Shown here one piece after another: positions 37,531 to 49,385 of a DNA stretch of 64,000 bases. The notes beneath the pieces were generated by a model that made no database searches, had not been told where the DNA came from, and was given only the letters and a program-made list of their open reading frames with translations. The stretch lies in IMG/VR virus record IMGVR_UViG_3300030329_003290, one strand, 5' to 3'. This DNA is from an uncultured virus (IMG/VR IMGVR_UViG_3300030329_003290). Its lineage: Duplodnaviria; Heunggongvirae; Uroviricota; Caudoviricetes. The position numbers were made by a program, and so were the translations under genes. Position 1 is the stretch's first letter. Each line of letters starts with the position of its first letter.

Positions 37531-38537
37531 TTACTATACTCCAAATTATTATCAAACCATTTATCCAAAACATCACACTTCACTTCAAGTAAATGTGCTG
37601 AGTTATCTTCAAATCCAAATGTTATATAAAAAGAATCTTCGAGTCTGTCCATACCACAACAAAACTCTATCTGTCCATTCATAAAACTAAATGGTTTAGA
37701 AACTCTTTGTACAACAAAATTTTTATCCCAATGTACTAATCTGTGACTATATATAGCATCTTTGTTTTCATCACATCTACCCTCAAATCTCCACCAATTA
37801 GTATCGTGTAGTACAGCAAAATATCCACCATTATGTGTTATCAGTTGAGAAGAACCCCTCATATTGCCACTAATATCTAATTTTTCTCCTACTGTTATCA
37901 ATTGACATTCTCCAGTTTTAGGATCTGCTTTGACTAATCTAGTAGGATTCGAATCCATAATATAGTGAAATGGTAAATCTCTAACTGGCATCCAATTCTT
38001 TTCACAATAAGCATCAGGATTTGTTGGGTGTTCTATTCTTACTCTTGAAACTTCTCTTGGATTATTTTCTAAATCTACTATCTCAGATAACTCCATTCTT
38101 CCTTGACCATTTTCTGTTGTATCTCTTCGAACTCCCGTAACATATATTTTATTGTCCCAATTTACTAATCTAGCATCCTCTAATCCTACAAAATCCCAAA
38201 TCGGATCAAGGTCTAATGACATATGTATTTTTTTAAAAGTTGGATTCTCTTTCCACGCACCTAAATAATTATCCGTAATAAGTCTATGATCATTTTCTGG
38301 ATGAACATATGTTAAAGGACCCCATCTTGATTGATACTTACCACCCTCACCCATCCATTCTGTAGCACCTATGGAATGATAAAGAGTGTAGTTTAACATC
38401 CTTATATTTATATAAAGTTTTTCATTGTAATTCAATATACTAGGATTTGCCAAAGCAGTACCATTAGTATTTTCGTGAGGTATGATCAAAGGATGATTTA
38501 TACCATATTTTGATAATGATTCAGCAAACATTGACAT
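37527..38537 (-). CDS. Glycoside hydrolase/phosphorylase-like beta-propeller protein (GH130/GH43-like fold)
   Basis: NPSI, GLEDARL, CEKNWMP, RGSSQ, YSHRLV, IEFCCG motifs. Confidence 0.65.
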   Translation of the reverse strand: MSMFAESLSKYGINHPLIIPHENTNGTALANPSILNYNEKLYINIRMLNYTLYHSIGATEWMGEGGKYQSRWGPLTYVHPENDHRLITDNYLGAWKENPTFKKIHMSLDLDPIWDFVGLEDARLVNWDNKIYVTGVRRDTTENGQGRMELSEIVDLENNPREVSRVRIEHPTNPDAYCEKNWMPVRDLPFHYIMDSNPTRLVKADPKTGECQLITVGEKLDISGNMRGSSQLITHNGGYFAVLHDTNWWRFEGRCDENKDAIYSHRLVHWDKNFVVQRVSKPFSFMNGQIEFCCGMDRLEDSFYITFGFEDNSAHLLEVKCDVLDKWFDNNLEYSK

Positions 38538-38539
38538 AA

Positions 38540-40033
38540 CTATTTTCCCTCAAAAATAAACTTTGTTTTTCTAACATCTTTTTGTTTTTCATGCCCCTCT
38601 ACTTTAGAAAAAGTTTGCATATAATGATCAGGCCATAATTTCATAAGCCAAGTAGTGAGTATGTATTTATCATCCGATTCTGGAGTTTGTGCGTAATGTA
38701 CATAAGGCCACATACAAGGAAATGTTAAGTGTTTTCCTTCTTCACATTTTATACCAGCACCCGCAAATGGAAATACAGTTCTTCCACCCTCTTCTACATC
38801 ATTTAGATAAAACATACTAACAAACATTCTATTACCGTATTCGTAAAGATGTGATCCTTCAGTATGCCAAGACTCATAGTGTCCAACACCTTTATCATAC
38901 TTATGTATTTCCCATACAGGATAATATGCTCCACCAGCACCCAATTCTGATGGATTATAATGTTCTAATAATCCATACTTTTTAGTGTATTGTAATATAC
39001 AATGGTCTGAAGCGGTTACTATTTTAGAAATAAAATGTTCTCCCTTTTCTCCAGGTTTAAGTTCAGGCAAATCTAATAAATTAAGTTCACCCGTATTCTT
39101 ATATTTATTATCTAATCCCTTATGAGTTAGTCCGTGAAATGTTTTTCCTTTACCATTATAATCTTCATAAAAATCTATAAGTTCTTTACAAAAATCTGAT
39201 GATAATGCTTTTCTTGTTTGGTGTACAGAATCCATAAATTGGTCAAGTTTTTTAGTTTTATATTGACCACCTTTCATTTTTGCATCAGGAGTAACATCAT
39301 CTATCTCAATTCTAGGAATTCGATTTGTTGTCTTATATTCCATTGAATCTAAAGGTTTCACATATCCTTTATTTTGTTCTTTCATATCATATGAAATTTT
39401 CATAGTCTTTAGTTTTTCCGTTTCTATAGGATAAAAGATTTTTTCCATTTTATCTGATAGTTGGAAATTGAAAATTTCAGGATCAAATCTATGATGTTTT
39501 GTTTGTTCATCATTGGCAATTACATAATGAAGAAATAACTGTGAATACCAGTCTCCCTCAAATTGATTTCTATAATGTGTTGTATTATGTCCAAGATAAA
39601 AAATAGCATCCCCTGGTTTTTGTATTATTTCCACATCATTTTTATTTTGCATATCAGTTATATACATAGGGTATTGATGTGACTGTCCTAAATTTACTGA
39701 TAATGAAATCTGACACCAAGGCCAATCCGTATGATTTGCTAATTGAGCACCTCTCAAATATATTCTCTGATAGGAATATATAGGAACTAATTCTTCATCA
39801 ACGATTTTAGATATCTGTGGCAAAAAACTATACATTGTATTTTGCCAAATAGGATTTGAATTTACATTCCAAGTAGCTGGATGTAACTTTTCTTCATTTT
39901 CTATATCAGCAGCTAAATGTAATCGATTTAAACTCATTTCCTCAACTACCTGACTCATATAAAAATCAACTTGTTGCTTTGTAAAAAAGTTTTCTACTAT
40001 AGTATAGCCATTTACATATAAAGAATCATTCAT
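38540..40033 (-). CDS. Tandem 2OG-Fe(II) oxygenase (two domains)
   Basis: Domain 1: YSYQRIY...HTDWPWCQISLSVNL...PGDAIFY.G...H.R...QLFLHYV. Domain 2: WHTEG...MFYLNDVEEGGRTVF...FPCMWPYVH...KYILTTW (prolyl-hydroxylase-like). Confidence 0.85.
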   Translation of the reverse strand: MNDSLYVNGYTIVENFFTKQQVDFYMSQVVEEMSLNRLHLAADIENEEKLHPATWNVNSNPIWQNTMYSFLPQISKIVDEELVPIYSYQRIYLRGAQLANHTDWPWCQISLSVNLGQSHQYPMYITDMQNKNDVEIIQKPGDAIFYLGHNTTHYRNQFEGDWYSQLFLHYVIANDEQTKHHRFDPEIFNFQLSDKMEKIFYPIETEKLKTMKISYDMKEQNKGYVKPLDSMEYKTTNRIPRIEIDDVTPDAKMKGGQYKTKKLDQFMDSVHQTRKALSSDFCKELIDFYEDYNGKGKTFHGLTHKGLDNKYKNTGELNLLDLPELKPGEKGEHFISKIVTASDHCILQYTKKYGLLEHYNPSELGAGGAYYPVWEIHKYDKGVGHYESWHTEGSHLYEYGNRMFVSMFYLNDVEEGGRTVFPFAGAGIKCEEGKHLTFPCMWPYVHYAQTPESDDKYILTTWLMKLWPDHYMQTFSKVEGHEKQKDVRKTKFIFEGK

Positions 40034-40779
40034 TATCTGTTCCCATAATTAACTAATTGTATATCCGATTCAGTTACGAAATTAAAAGAAACAGTTACTC
40101 TGTTCTCATCAGATATAAATGGATATACAGTATGTAGCAAATGTGCTGGAAATACTAAAAACATTTTTTCCTTTGCTGCTATTCTAAAAGTTCCTTGTTC
40201 AAAATAATTTGCAGAATTATAAACCAATTCTAATATACCATCATCCGTATTACCTGGCTTTGAATCAGGCGCACCGTGATTTCTTTTTATATTTTTATTT
40301 GCTATTATATCCGTCAAAAAATTCTCATCTAAATTATTGAAAAAGAAGACTGTTGTTATATTACAATACGGATGATAGTGAATTGGATTATATTCATACT
40401 TTTTCATATTATTTACCCAGCCACCTACTTGAGTTACTTTTACTGGTGAATTTACTATTGAATCCAAATCGTTTTGATCATTATTATATTTATCTTTATC
40501 AAAGATTCTAGCTATCAATGATGTACAATATTTATTTACTAAAGCTTCAAGAAACTCTTCTGTTCTAGTTTGAAATATAACATCTTTTCCAACAGACCAC
40601 TCTTCATCAAGTCTTCCCGATAGTTGTATTGTATGTGTCCTACCCTTTTCTTTTATTACTTGATTTACTATTCCCTTAAACTCTTCGTATATGCTATCTG
40701 GCACATCACCGACCATTATACTAGGACCAAATGGTGAAACTAAATCATATTGTATTTTTTCTACTCTTTTATCTGACAT
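40033..40779 (-). CDS. Putative 2OG-Fe(II) oxygenase (TIGR02466-like)
   Basis: WVNNM...YNPIHYH...FPAHLLHTVYPF...RVTVSFN. Confidence 0.8.
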   Translation of the reverse strand: MSDKRVEKIQYDLVSPFGPSIMVGDVPDSIYEEFKGIVNQVIKEKGRTHTIQLSGRLDEEWSVGKDVIFQTRTEEFLEALVNKYCTSLIARIFDKDKYNNDQNDLDSIVNSPVKVTQVGGWVNNMKKYEYNPIHYHPYCNITTVFFFNNLDENFLTDIIANKNIKRNHGAPDSKPGNTDDGILELVYNSANYFEQGTFRIAAKEKMFLVFPAHLLHTVYPFISDENRVTVSFNFVTESDIQLVNYGNR

Positions 40780-40836
40780 ATAACAACTTCTATACTATAA
40801 ATATAAATATAACCTAAAAACATCAAAATAAAATTT

Positions 40837-41169
40837 TTATAAACTTGAAGTCACGTAAGTAGCTACCCAATTAGAGTCACTTTCAATTATACTCTTTGTT
40901 GTTTGATTTATATCATAGACCCACACACATCCCACTAAACTACTGGTATTAAAAGTGGTAGAACTATCCATCAAAGAAGCAGCACTCCATTTACAATTCC
41001 ATGCACGACTAGTAGATGTATTATATAAAATTCCAGGATGAGCATAATCTTCTTCTTCTTCGCTATCTGTTAGCGTAACAAATTTAGTCTTATACAACGA
41101 GCCTGTTACAGCACCATTATATGGTTCTACATAAATGTTTCCATCACTTCCTGAAAAATATAGTGGCAT
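40837..41169 (-). CDS. Hypothetical virion-associated protein
   Basis: 110 aa, Ser/Thr-rich (FSGS, VTGS, VTSS), at the end of the fibre operon. Confidence 0.5.
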   Translation of the reverse strand: MPLYFSGSDGNIYVEPYNGAVTGSLYKTKFVTLTDSEEEEDYAHPGILYNTSTSRAWNCKWSAASLMDSSTTFNTSSLVGCVWVYDINQTTKSIIESDSNWVATYVTSSL

Positions 41170-41178
41170 ATTTCATTC

Positions 41179-42237
41179 CTATGTTGGATCATCCATCTGT
41201 ACTGCTGACATAATATCGTATGAATGATAATGAGTTGATGATGGTGTTGTCATAGCTTTAGCTGCTCTAAAACCACTACCATAATTAATATGGTATGTAC
41301 CATCGTCAACACTAACTTGATTATTGTTTTTAATTATGTTTGCTGTTGTTGTTCCTGTCGGTGCCATACCAACTTTCCAAGTATATGTAGATGAACGACC
41401 AGTTCCAGCTCTATGCCAAGACACAACAAAATCTTGAGTTGTTCCCTCTGTGTAAGCACCTGCTGTAGAACTAGCAAGTGTTGTTATAGTTGTCGTATTA
41501 TCTCTTCTTCTAATCATTATTTGTCCTGAAAGTGGATCAGCCGAGTCTCTAACCTGAATCTGATAAGCTTGTGTGGTTATTGCTGGATTAGTATGATTGA
41601 CGGTATTCATATTTGCGTAGAAATTCATATCTTTATTATTAGTAGTATTCATAAAAAATCTAAATCTCCACGCAACACATTGAGTTGTAGGTACATTATT
41701 AATTGTAATATTGCCTGTTTGGTCAGTAGTTTTACAAAACATACCATAAGTTTGATCAGTATTAGAAAATCTTATTTCATCTGAAACTATTGATGGTGTA
41801 CCATATGTTGTCCATATAGGTCTATCATTTACTGTTGCTGGTGACTGATTCGTTTCACCCAAAGTAGTTATAAATTTTGCAGGGTCTTCAAAAGCAGTGC
41901 TGTTGAATTGAGTTCTAGCATCAGTAGATACATCATTACCAGCATTTATAATAGCACCATCATTCCAATCTTCAGCCCAAAAAGCACTATAAGCAACAGC
42001 AATATCATGATCATAACTATAAAATTCTGATATTGCGTGTGGCGCAACACCATCTGGTCTATCAGCAGACGCATTTCCTGTATTTATTGTGGCTACAGTA
42101 CCATCTGACATAGAAGATAATTCAAGATCATTATCTTCTAAATCACTTTCAATATCCCAACTATGATTGTAATCATTCTCCTCAAGTTCCCCAAAAATAC
42201 CTGAGAAAGTCAATGGTCCACTACTTGGTACAGCCAT
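41179..42237 (-). CDS. Putative fibre-tip / receptor-binding protein
   Basis: N-terminus [18 protein letters not shown]...APHAISEFYSYDH is typical of proteins following S74-chaperoned fibres; beta-rich C-domain; TAATG-coupled to the collagen gene. Confidence 0.6.
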   Translation of the reverse strand: MAVPSSGPLTFSGIFGELEENDYNHSWDIESDLEDNDLELSSMSDGTVATINTGNASADRPDGVAPHAISEFYSYDHDIAVAYSAFWAEDWNDGAIINAGNDVSTDARTQFNSTAFEDPAKFITTLGETNQSPATVNDRPIWTTYGTPSIVSDEIRFSNTDQTYGMFCKTTDQTGNITINNVPTTQCVAWRFRFFMNTTNNKDMNFYANMNTVNHTNPAITTQAYQIQVRDSADPLSGQIMIRRRDNTTTITTLASSTAGAYTEGTTQDFVVSWHRAGTGRSSTYTWKVGMAPTGTTTANIIKNNNQVSVDDGTYHINYGSGFRAAKAMTTPSSTHYHSYDIMSAVQMDDPT

Positions 42238-45200
42238 TATTTATCTCCCTTTAGTTCGTCAACTTGATTTTTCAATTCTTTTATTGCTTCTACTAATAAT
42301 GGTACTATTTTTTCATACTGAATCGTTAGGTATTGTTCACCTGTTTTAGACATACCTTGTACACTATCGACATCGAATGGTGCTGGTCTTACTGCCTCAG
42401 GAAGAACTTCCTTAAGGTCTTGAGCAAACAAACCAACCATTCTTTCATCTCTATCATATCCAACAAGTTTATGTGCTTTTTGATTCCAGTTATATAATAT
42501 ACCTGATAGTTTTTCTATCTTTCCTAACGGATCTTTAATTACTTCAACTCTGTCTTTCAACCTCTTATCAGAAGCATATGCCGTAATTTCACCCGTAGCA
42601 CTTACAGCACCTGTAACTGTTAGTGTGCTTCCATCAAATGTCAAGTTAGCTTCACCAGTTACTGAACCATCCCCATCAGCAGTTATAACTCTGTTATTCG
42701 TATCACCACTTATAGATAAAGCACCTGAAGCACCTTGAGTTCCTGTAGTTCCTGTAGCACCTTGAGCACCATTACTACCATTAGAACCATTCTTACCTTG
42801 AAGTCCTTGAATACCTTGACTGCCAGTTGAACCACTTGTACCTTGAATTCCTCTAGCACCTTGAGCACCAGTAGCACCTTGAGTACCAGTAGCTCCTTGA
42901 GTTCCAGTAGCACCTTGAGTTCCTGTAGCACCTTGAGCACCCGTAGCACCTTGAGCACCTTTAGCTCCTTGAATTCCTTGAGAACCATTACTACCATTCG
43001 AACCCGCAGCCCCTTGTGTTCCTGTGGCACCCTGAGTTCCAGTAGCCCCTTGTGTTCCTGTGGCACCTTGAGTTCCAGTAGCACCTTGAGCTCCTGTAGC
43101 ACCTTGAATACCTTGAGCACCTTTTAATCCTTGAATACCTTGAATACCTTGCGTACCAGTAGCACCTTGAGTTCCAGTAGCACCTTGTGTTCCAGTAGCC
43201 CCTTGAGTTCCTGTAGCACCTTGAGTACCAGTAGCCCCTTGAGTTCCAGTCGCTCCCTGCGTACCAGTAGCCCCTTGAGTTCCAGTAGCACCTTGTGTTC
43301 CAGTAGCACCTTGACTACCAGTTTTACCTTGTGTACCTTGAGTACCTATTATACCTTGTATACCTTGTATACCTTGAGTACCAGTAGCCCCTTGAGCTCC
43401 TGTAGCACCCTGAGCACCAGTAGCCCCTTGAGTTCCAGTAGCACCTTGAGCACCCTTAGCTCCTTGAATACCTTGGATACCTTGCGTACCCGTAGCACCT
43501 TGAGCTCCTGTAGCACCCTGAGCCCCAGTAGCACCTTGTGTTCCTGTAGCACCCTGAGTACCAGTAGTACCTTGGATACCTTTGAATCCTTGAATACCTC
43601 TTATACCTTGTATACCTTGAGCACCAGTAGCACCTTGAGCACCAGTAGCCCCTTGAGCTCCTGTAGCACCCTGAGCACCAGTAGCCCCTTGAATACCTTG
43701 AATTCCTTGTGTTCCCGTAGCACCTTGAGCACCAGTAGCACCTTGAGTTCCTGTAGCACCTTGTGTTCCAGTAGCACCTTGTGAACCTGTAGTACCTTTA
43801 GTACCTTGAGTTCCTCTAGCACCTTGAATACCTTGAATACCTTGAGTACCCGTAGCACCTTGTGTTCCTGTAGCACCTTGAGTACCCGTAGCACCTTGTG
43901 TTCCAGTAGCCCCTTGAGTTCCCGTAGCACCTTGAGTTCCAACAGTACCTTGTGTACCTTTTGTTCCAGTTATACCTTGTATACCTTGAATACCCTGAGT
44001 TCCAGTTGCTCCTTGCGTACCCGTAGCACCCTGAGTTCCAGTTGCTCCTTGCGTACCCGTAGCACCTTGTGTTCCAGTAGTACCTTGAATACCCTTTATA
44101 CCTTGTATACCTTGAGTTCCAGTAGCACCTTGACTTCCGTTTTTACCTTGTGTTCCTTGAATTCCCTTTATTCCTTGAATTCCTTGAATACCTTGTAATC
44201 CTTGAATACCTTGAATTCCTTGTGTTCCCGTAGCACCTTGAGTTCCAGTAGCACCCTGTGTTCCTGTGGCACCTTGAGTTCCAGTAGCACCTTGAGTACC
44301 TTGGATACCCTTTATACCTTGTCCACCTTTCGCACCTTGTATACCTTGAGTACCTTTTGTACCCTGTAATCCTTTTATTCCTTGAATTCCTTGTGTTCCC
44401 GTAGCACCCTGCGTACCCGTAGCACCTTGAGCTCCTGTAGCACCTTGAGCACCCGTAGCACCTTGAGTACCTGTCGTTCCTTGTAATCCTTGTTTACCTT
44501 GAGTACCTTGTATTCCAGTAATACCTTGAGCACCAGTAGCACCTTGAGCACCTTTAGCTCCTTGAATACCTTGAATACCCTGTGTTCCAGTTGTACCTTG
44601 TGTTCCGTTTGTACCTTGAATACCTTTTATACCTTGAGCACCAGTAGCCCCTTGAATTCCTTGTATACCTTGAGTACCAGTTGTACCTTGTGTTCCGTTT
44701 GTACCTTGAGCTCCTCTAGCACCTTGAGTACCCGTAGCACCTTGTGTTCCAGTAGCACCTTGACTACCAGTTTTACCTTGTGTACCTTGTGTTCCGTTTG
44801 TACCTTGTATACCCTTTATACCTTGTAAACCTTGGATACCTTGTAATCCTTGAATACCTTGGATTCCTTGTGTTCCTGTAGCACCCTGAGTTCCAGTAGC
44901 ACCTTGTGTACCAGTAGCACCCTGAGTTCCTTGAGTTCCTGTCGTTCCTTGTATTCCAACAATACCTTGACCACCTTTGGCACCTTGAATTCCTTGAATA
45001 CCCTTTGTACCTTGAATACCTTTTATACCTTGAGTTCCAGTAGCCCCTTGAGTTCCCGTAGCACCTTGTGTACCAGTTGTACCTTGAGTACCATTTGTAC
45101 CTTGAGTTCCTCTAGCACCTTGAATACCTTGGATACCCTGTGTACCAGTTGCTCCCTGCGTACCAGTTGTTCCTTGTAGTCCAATTGTACCTTGAAGACC

Positions 45201-48200
45201 TTGTTTACCTTGAGTTCCTTGTGTACCAATTGTACCTTGGATACCCTTTATACCTTGAATTCCTTGAGTACCAGTTGCTCCCTGCGTACCAGTTATACCT
45301 TGTATGCCTTGGATACCCTGAGTTCCAGTTGTACCTTGAAGTCCCTGTTTACCTTGAGTACCTTGAGTTCCAACTGTACCTTGTGTACCTTTTGTTCCAT
45401 TTGTACCTTGTGTACCAATTTGTCCTTGTGTACCCTGAATACCTTGTTTACCTTGTGTACCTTGAGTTCCAGTCGTTCCTTGTGTACCAGTTGTTCCTGT
45501 CGTTCCTTGTATTCCAGTAACACCTTGAGCACCCGTAGCACCTTGTGTACCAGTAGCACCTTGACTTCCGTTTTTACCTTGTGTTCCTTGTAGTCCGATT
45601 GTACCTTGGATACCCTTTATTCCTTGTAACCCTTGAATTCCTTGTATACCTTGAGTTCCAGTAGTACCTTGTAAACCAGTTAGACCTTGTGTTCCTTGAA
45701 CCCCACTAATACCTTGAGCACCAGTTGTTCCTTGGATACCCTTTATACCCTGACCACCTTTAGCACCTTGTATACCTTGAAGACCTTTTGTTCCTTGTAT
45801 GCCAGTAATACCTTGAGCACCAGTAACACCTTGGATACCAGTAGAACCAGTTGTTCCTTGTGTTCCAGTAATACCTTGAGTACCAGTTGTACCTTGTGTT
45901 CCGTTTGTACCTTGAATTCCAGTAGCACCTTGTGAACCTGTAGTACCTTTAGTACCTTGAGCACCAGTTGTACCTTGAATACCCTTTATACCTTGAGCAC
46001 CAGTTGTACCTTGAATACCAATTGTTCCTTGTGTTCCAATCGTACCTTGTAGTCCAGTTATACCTTGAATACCTTGAATACCTTGAGTTCCAACTGTACC
46101 TTGTACACCCTTTGTTCCATTCGTTCCTTGTGTACCAGTTGTTCCTGTCGTTCCTTGTAATCCTTGTTTACCTTGAGTACCTTGAGTTCCAGTTGTACCT
46201 TGAGTTCCTCTAGCACCTTGAATACCTTGAGCACCAGTTGTACCTTGTGTGCCTATTTTACCTTGTGTACCTTGAGTTCCAGTCGTTCCTTGAATACCTA
46301 CAATACCTTGACCACCTTTAGCACCTTGTATACCTTGTGTACCTTTAGTACCTTGAATACCTGTTATACCTTGAGCACCAGTAACACCTTGAATACCAGT
46401 AGAACCAGTTGTTCCTTGAATACCTTTTATACCTTGTATACCTTGTGTACCAGTTGTTCCTTGTAGTCCAGTTGTACCTTGAGTTCCCTCATCTCCTCTT
46501 GTACCTTGGGCACCCTTTATACCTTGAGCACCTTTCGTACCTTGAATTCCAGTAGAACCTATATTACCAGTTGTACCTTGAGTTCCAATCGTACCTTGTG
46601 TACCAGTTGTTCCTTGTAGTCCAGTTGTACCTTGAGTACCTTGTTTACCTTGAGTACCATCAGTTCCTTGTGTTCCAGTTATACCCTGTGTTCCAGTTGT
46701 ACCTTGCGTTCCTAAAGTACCTTGTGTACCTATCGTACCTTGAGTACCATTTGTTCCTTGAGTTCCAGTTGAACCAGTAGTTCCTGTTGTACCTTGAGTT
46801 CCAACTGTACCTTGAATACCTTTACTACCCGTAGTTCCTTGTGTACCAGTAGTCCCTTGGATACCTACAATACCCTGACCACCCTTGGCACCTTGTATAC
46901 CTTGAGTACCTTTTGTACCCTGTAAACCAGTTGTACCTTGTGTGCCAGTAATACCTTGAATACCAGTACTACCAGTTGTACCTTGAGTACCAGTTTTACC
47001 TTGTAATCCTTGAGCACCAGTAGTTCCTTGAGTACCAATTTTACCTTGAGTTCCTTGAGTTCCAATTGTACCTTGGATACCTTTTATACCTTGAGAACCA
47101 GTATCACCATCAGTACCTTGAGTACCAGCACCAGTTGTACCTTGTGTACCAGTCGTACCTTGTGTTCCAATTTGTCCTTGTGTACCTTGAGTTCCCTCAT
47201 CTCCCCTAATACCTTGTGTACCTTTTGTACCCTGTAAACCAGTTGTTCCTTGAATACCAGTAACACCTTGTATACCAGTAGTACCTACTGTTCCTTGTAC
47301 ACCAGTAGTTCCAGTAGTTCCTTGAGTCCCTGTTGTACCTTGAGTACCCTGTTTACCTTGAGTACCTTGAGTTCCAATTGTACCTTGTGTACCGATTGTA
47401 CCTTGTGTACCAGTTGAGCCAGTTGAACCAGAAGTACCTTGAGTTCCTTCTTCGCCTCTTTCACCTTGAACACCCTTTGTACCTTGAGTTCCAATTGTTC
47501 CCTGCGTTCCTGTAATACCTTGTATACCAGTACTACCAGTTGTACCTTGAATTCCCTTTAAACCTTGAGCACCAGTTGTACCTTGTGTGCCTATTTTACC
47601 TTGAGTTCCTTGAGTACCGATTGTACCTTGAGTTCCAATCGTACCTTGTGTACCAATTTGTCCTTGTGTACCTTGAGTTCCCTCTTCACCTCTCTCACCT
47701 TGAACACCTTTTGTACCTTGTGTACCAATTGTTCCTTGAGTTCCACTAGGACCTACAGCACCAGTTGTACCTTGTGTACCAGCACCAGTTGTACCTTGAG
47801 TTCCTAAAGTACCTTGAGTACCCGTTGTACCTTGAGTTCCTTCTTCGCCTCTTTCACCTTGAACACCTTTTGTACCTTGCGTTCCGATAGTTCCTTGTGT
47901 ACCAGTTGTACCTTGTGTGCCTGTTGTTCCTTGTGTACCGATTGTACCCTGCGTACCAATTGTACCTTGAGTACCGATTGTACCTTGAGTACCCGTTGTA
48001 CCTTGAGTTCCAGTTGTTCCTTGTGTACCATCAGTTCCTTGTGAACCAGTTGTACCTTGTGTGCCAGTAATACCTTGTAACCCTTGAATTCCTTGTACAC
48101 CTTGTAATCCTTGAATTCCTTGTATACCCTGAGTACCAGTTGTACCTTGTGTACCTAAAGCGCCTGAAGTACCTTGTACTCCTGTAGTTCCGATTGTACC

Positions 48201-49052
48201 CTGCGTACCAATTGTACCTTGTGTACCAGTTGTACCTTGATTTCCCTTTATACCTTGAGCACCAGTTGTACCTTGAATTCCACTTGTTCCTTGAACTCCA
48301 CTAATACCTTGTAACCCTTGGATTCCTTGTATACCTTGTAATCCTTGAATACCTTGAATTCCTTGTGTTCCAGTTGTTCCTTGAACACCAACTCCACCTG
48401 AAGTACCTTGTATTCCTGTCGTACCCTGAGTTCCGTTTGTACCTTGTGTGCCTGTTGTACCTTGTGTACCAGTAGTTCCTTGAACACCTTTTGTACCTTG
48501 TGTACCGATTGTACCTTGCGTACCAATTGTTCCTTGAGTTCCAACAGTACCTTGTGTACCAGCACCAGTAGTACCTTGAGTTCCATCCGTACCTTGAGTT
48601 CCAGTTGTTCCTGTCGTACCTTGTGTACCAGTTGTACCTTGTGTACCTACACCTGAAGCACCTTGTGTTCCTTGAGTTCCATCCGTACCTTGAGTTCCAG
48701 TTGTTCCCTGCGTTCCAGCAGTGCCTGAAGTACCTTGTGTACCAGTTGTACCTTGAGTTCCAATCGTTCCTTGTGTACCAGTTGTACCTTGAGTTCCAGT
48801 AGCACCTGTAGAACCAGTTGTTCCTTGTAGTCCAATAGTACCTTGTGTACCAATTGTTCCTTGAGTTCCTAAAGTACCTTGTGTACCTGAAGCACCTTGT
48901 GCGCCAGTAGCCAATGATGCTGAAGTAAATGTAGCACCCTCAACTTCTAATACTCCAAACGAACCAGTTGAAGATGCTGAACTACTTATGTTACCTTTGA
49001 ATTCAACATCAGAGGTAAATATTTCTTTTCCTAAGTACTTTATTTTACTCAT
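42237..49052 (-). CDS. Giant collagen-like fibre protein with C-terminal intramolecular chaperone (peptidase S74)
   Basis: About 2060 residues of Gly-X-Y ([12 protein letters not shown]); C-terminal YASDKRLK...[15 protein letters not shown]...[17 protein letters not shown]. Confidence 0.92.
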   Translation of the reverse strand: MSKIKYLGKEIFTSDVEFKGNISSSASSTGSFGVLEVEGATFTSASLATGAQGASGTQGTLGTQGTIGTQGTIGLQGTTGSTGATGTQGTTGTQGTIGTQGTTGTQGTSGTAGTQGTTGTQGTDGTQGTQGASGVGTQGTTGTQGTTGTTGTQGTDGTQGTTGAGTQGTVGTQGTIGTQGTIGTQGTKGVQGTTGTQGTTGTQGTNGTQGTTGIQGTSGGVGVQGTTGTQGIQGIQGLQGIQGIQGLQGISGVQGTSGIQGTTGAQGIKGNQGTTGTQGTIGTQGTIGTTGVQGTSGALGTQGTTGTQGIQGIQGLQGVQGIQGLQGITGTQGTTGSQGTDGTQGTTGTQGTTGTQGTIGTQGTIGTQGTIGTQGTTGTQGTTGTQGTIGTQGTKGVQGERGEEGTQGTTGTQGTLGTQGTTGAGTQGTTGAVGPSGTQGTIGTQGTKGVQGERGEEGTQGTQGQIGTQGTIGTQGTIGTQGTQGKIGTQGTTGAQGLKGIQGTTGSTGIQGITGTQGTIGTQGTKGVQGERGEEGTQGTSGSTGSTGTQGTIGTQGTIGTQGTQGKQGTQGTTGTQGTTGTTGVQGTVGTTGIQGVTGIQGTTGLQGTKGTQGIRGDEGTQGTQGQIGTQGTTGTQGTTGAGTQGTDGDTGSQGIKGIQGTIGTQGTQGKIGTQGTTGAQGLQGKTGTQGTTGSTGIQGITGTQGTTGLQGTKGTQGIQGAKGGQGIVGIQGTTGTQGTTGSKGIQGTVGTQGTTGTTGSTGTQGTNGTQGTIGTQGTLGTQGTTGTQGITGTQGTDGTQGKQGTQGTTGLQGTTGTQGTIGTQGTTGNIGSTGIQGTKGAQGIKGAQGTRGDEGTQGTTGLQGTTGTQGIQGIKGIQGTTGSTGIQGVTGAQGITGIQGTKGTQGIQGAKGGQGIVGIQGTTGTQGTQGKIGTQGTTGAQGIQGARGTQGTTGTQGTQGKQGLQGTTGTTGTQGTNGTKGVQGTVGTQGIQGIQGITGLQGTIGTQGTIGIQGTTGAQGIKGIQGTTGAQGTKGTTGSQGATGIQGTNGTQGTTGTQGITGTQGTTGSTGIQGVTGAQGITGIQGTKGLQGIQGAKGGQGIKGIQGTTGAQGISGVQGTQGLTGLQGTTGTQGIQGIQGLQGIKGIQGTIGLQGTQGKNGSQGATGTQGATGAQGVTGIQGTTGTTGTQGTTGTQGTQGKQGIQGTQGQIGTQGTNGTKGTQGTVGTQGTQGKQGLQGTTGTQGIQGIQGITGTQGATGTQGIQGIKGIQGTIGTQGTQGKQGLQGTIGLQGTTGTQGATGTQGIQGIQGARGTQGTNGTQGTTGTQGATGTQGATGTQGIKGIQGTKGIQGIQGAKGGQGIVGIQGTTGTQGTQGATGTQGATGTQGATGTQGIQGIQGLQGIQGLQGIKGIQGTNGTQGTQGKTGSQGATGTQGATGTQGARGAQGTNGTQGTTGTQGIQGIQGATGAQGIKGIQGTNGTQGTTGTQGIQGIQGAKGAQGATGAQGITGIQGTQGKQGLQGTTGTQGATGAQGATGAQGATGTQGATGTQGIQGIKGLQGTKGTQGIQGAKGGQGIKGIQGTQGATGTQGATGTQGATGTQGATGTQGIQGIQGLQGIQGIQGIKGIQGTQGKNGSQGATGTQGIQGIKGIQGTTGTQGATGTQGATGTQGATGTQGATGTQGIQGIQGITGTKGTQGTVGTQGATGTQGATGTQGATGTQGATGTQGATGTQGIQGIQGARGTQGTKGTTGSQGATGTQGATGTQGATGAQGATGTQGIQGIQGATGAQGATGAQGATGAQGATGAQGIQGIRGIQGFKGIQGTTGTQGATGTQGATGAQGATGAQGATGTQGIQGIQGAKGAQGATGTQGATGAQGATGAQGATGTQGIQGIQGIIGTQGTQGKTGSQGATGTQGATGTQGATGTQGATGTQGATGTQGATGTQGATGTQGATGTQGATGTQGIQGIQGLKGAQGIQGATGAQGATGTQGATGTQGATGTQGATGTQGAAGSNGSNGSQGIQGAKGAQGATGAQGATGTQGATGTQGATGTQGATGAQGARGIQGTSGSTGSQGIQGLQGKNGSNGSNGAQGATGTTGTQGASGALSISGDTNNRVITADGDGSVTGEANLTFDGSTLTVTGAVSATGEITAYASDKRLKDRVEVIKDPLGKIEKLSGILYNWNQKAHKLVGYDRDERMVGLFAQDLKEVLPEAVRPAPFDVDSVQGMSKTGEQYLTIQYEKIVPLLVEAIKELKNQVDELKGDK
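42722..48905 (-). repeat. About 6.2 kb of degenerate 9/18-nt coding tandem repeats (Gly-X-Gln-Gly-X-Thr)
   Basis: Plus-strand units such as accttgagttccagtagc and accttgtgtaccagttgt repeated hundreds of times with synonymous variation. Confidence 0.97.
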
Positions 49053-49059
49053 TTATACC

Positions 49060-49383
49060 TTATGTCATTTCTAATACACTAGCAAAAGCCTCTAAATCTC
49101 CTGCAACGGAAGCTTTTACTTTTAGTATATCGGCTGCTTCTAAATTTATTGGTTTTTCTATTACTAAACTTGAGTCTGCTGGTACATTTACTGTCTTCAT
49201 AATATAAAAATCACTACCAGCACTATTATCAGTAACAAGAACATCTATTGTGGCATCATTCGTACCATCTACATTACTAATAAAAACTGCGTGTATCACA
49301 GCGGTTGTAGATGCGGGACAAGTGTAAAGTGTTGTGTTAGTGTTTCCGACAGCCTTAGCTGCATTTTTAAATGTATTAGCCAT
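49060..49383 (-). CDS. Small virion/fibre-associated protein
   Basis: MANTFKNAA...TLYTCPASTTAVI...NVDG...VPADSSL...INLEAADILKV; beta-sandwich-like small protein next to fibre genes. Confidence 0.6.
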   Translation of the reverse strand: MANTFKNAAKAVGNTNTTLYTCPASTTAVIHAVFISNVDGTNDATIDVLVTDNSAGSDFYIMKTVNVPADSSLVIEKPINLEAADILKVKASVAGDLEAFASVLEMT

Positions 49384-49385
49384 AT

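Noticed and set aside
42710..48853. Many Ser/Thr/Leu- or Leu/Val/Lys-rich ORFs in alternative frames and on the plus strand
   Set aside because: These are shadow frames of the collagen repeat, with no RBS or independent coding signal.
42722..48905. Long repeat array considered as a CRISPR array or non-coding satellite
   Set aside because: Units are 9/18-nt codon-phase repeats with synonymous third-position variation inside one 2271-aa ORF, with no constant repeat plus unique spacer structure.
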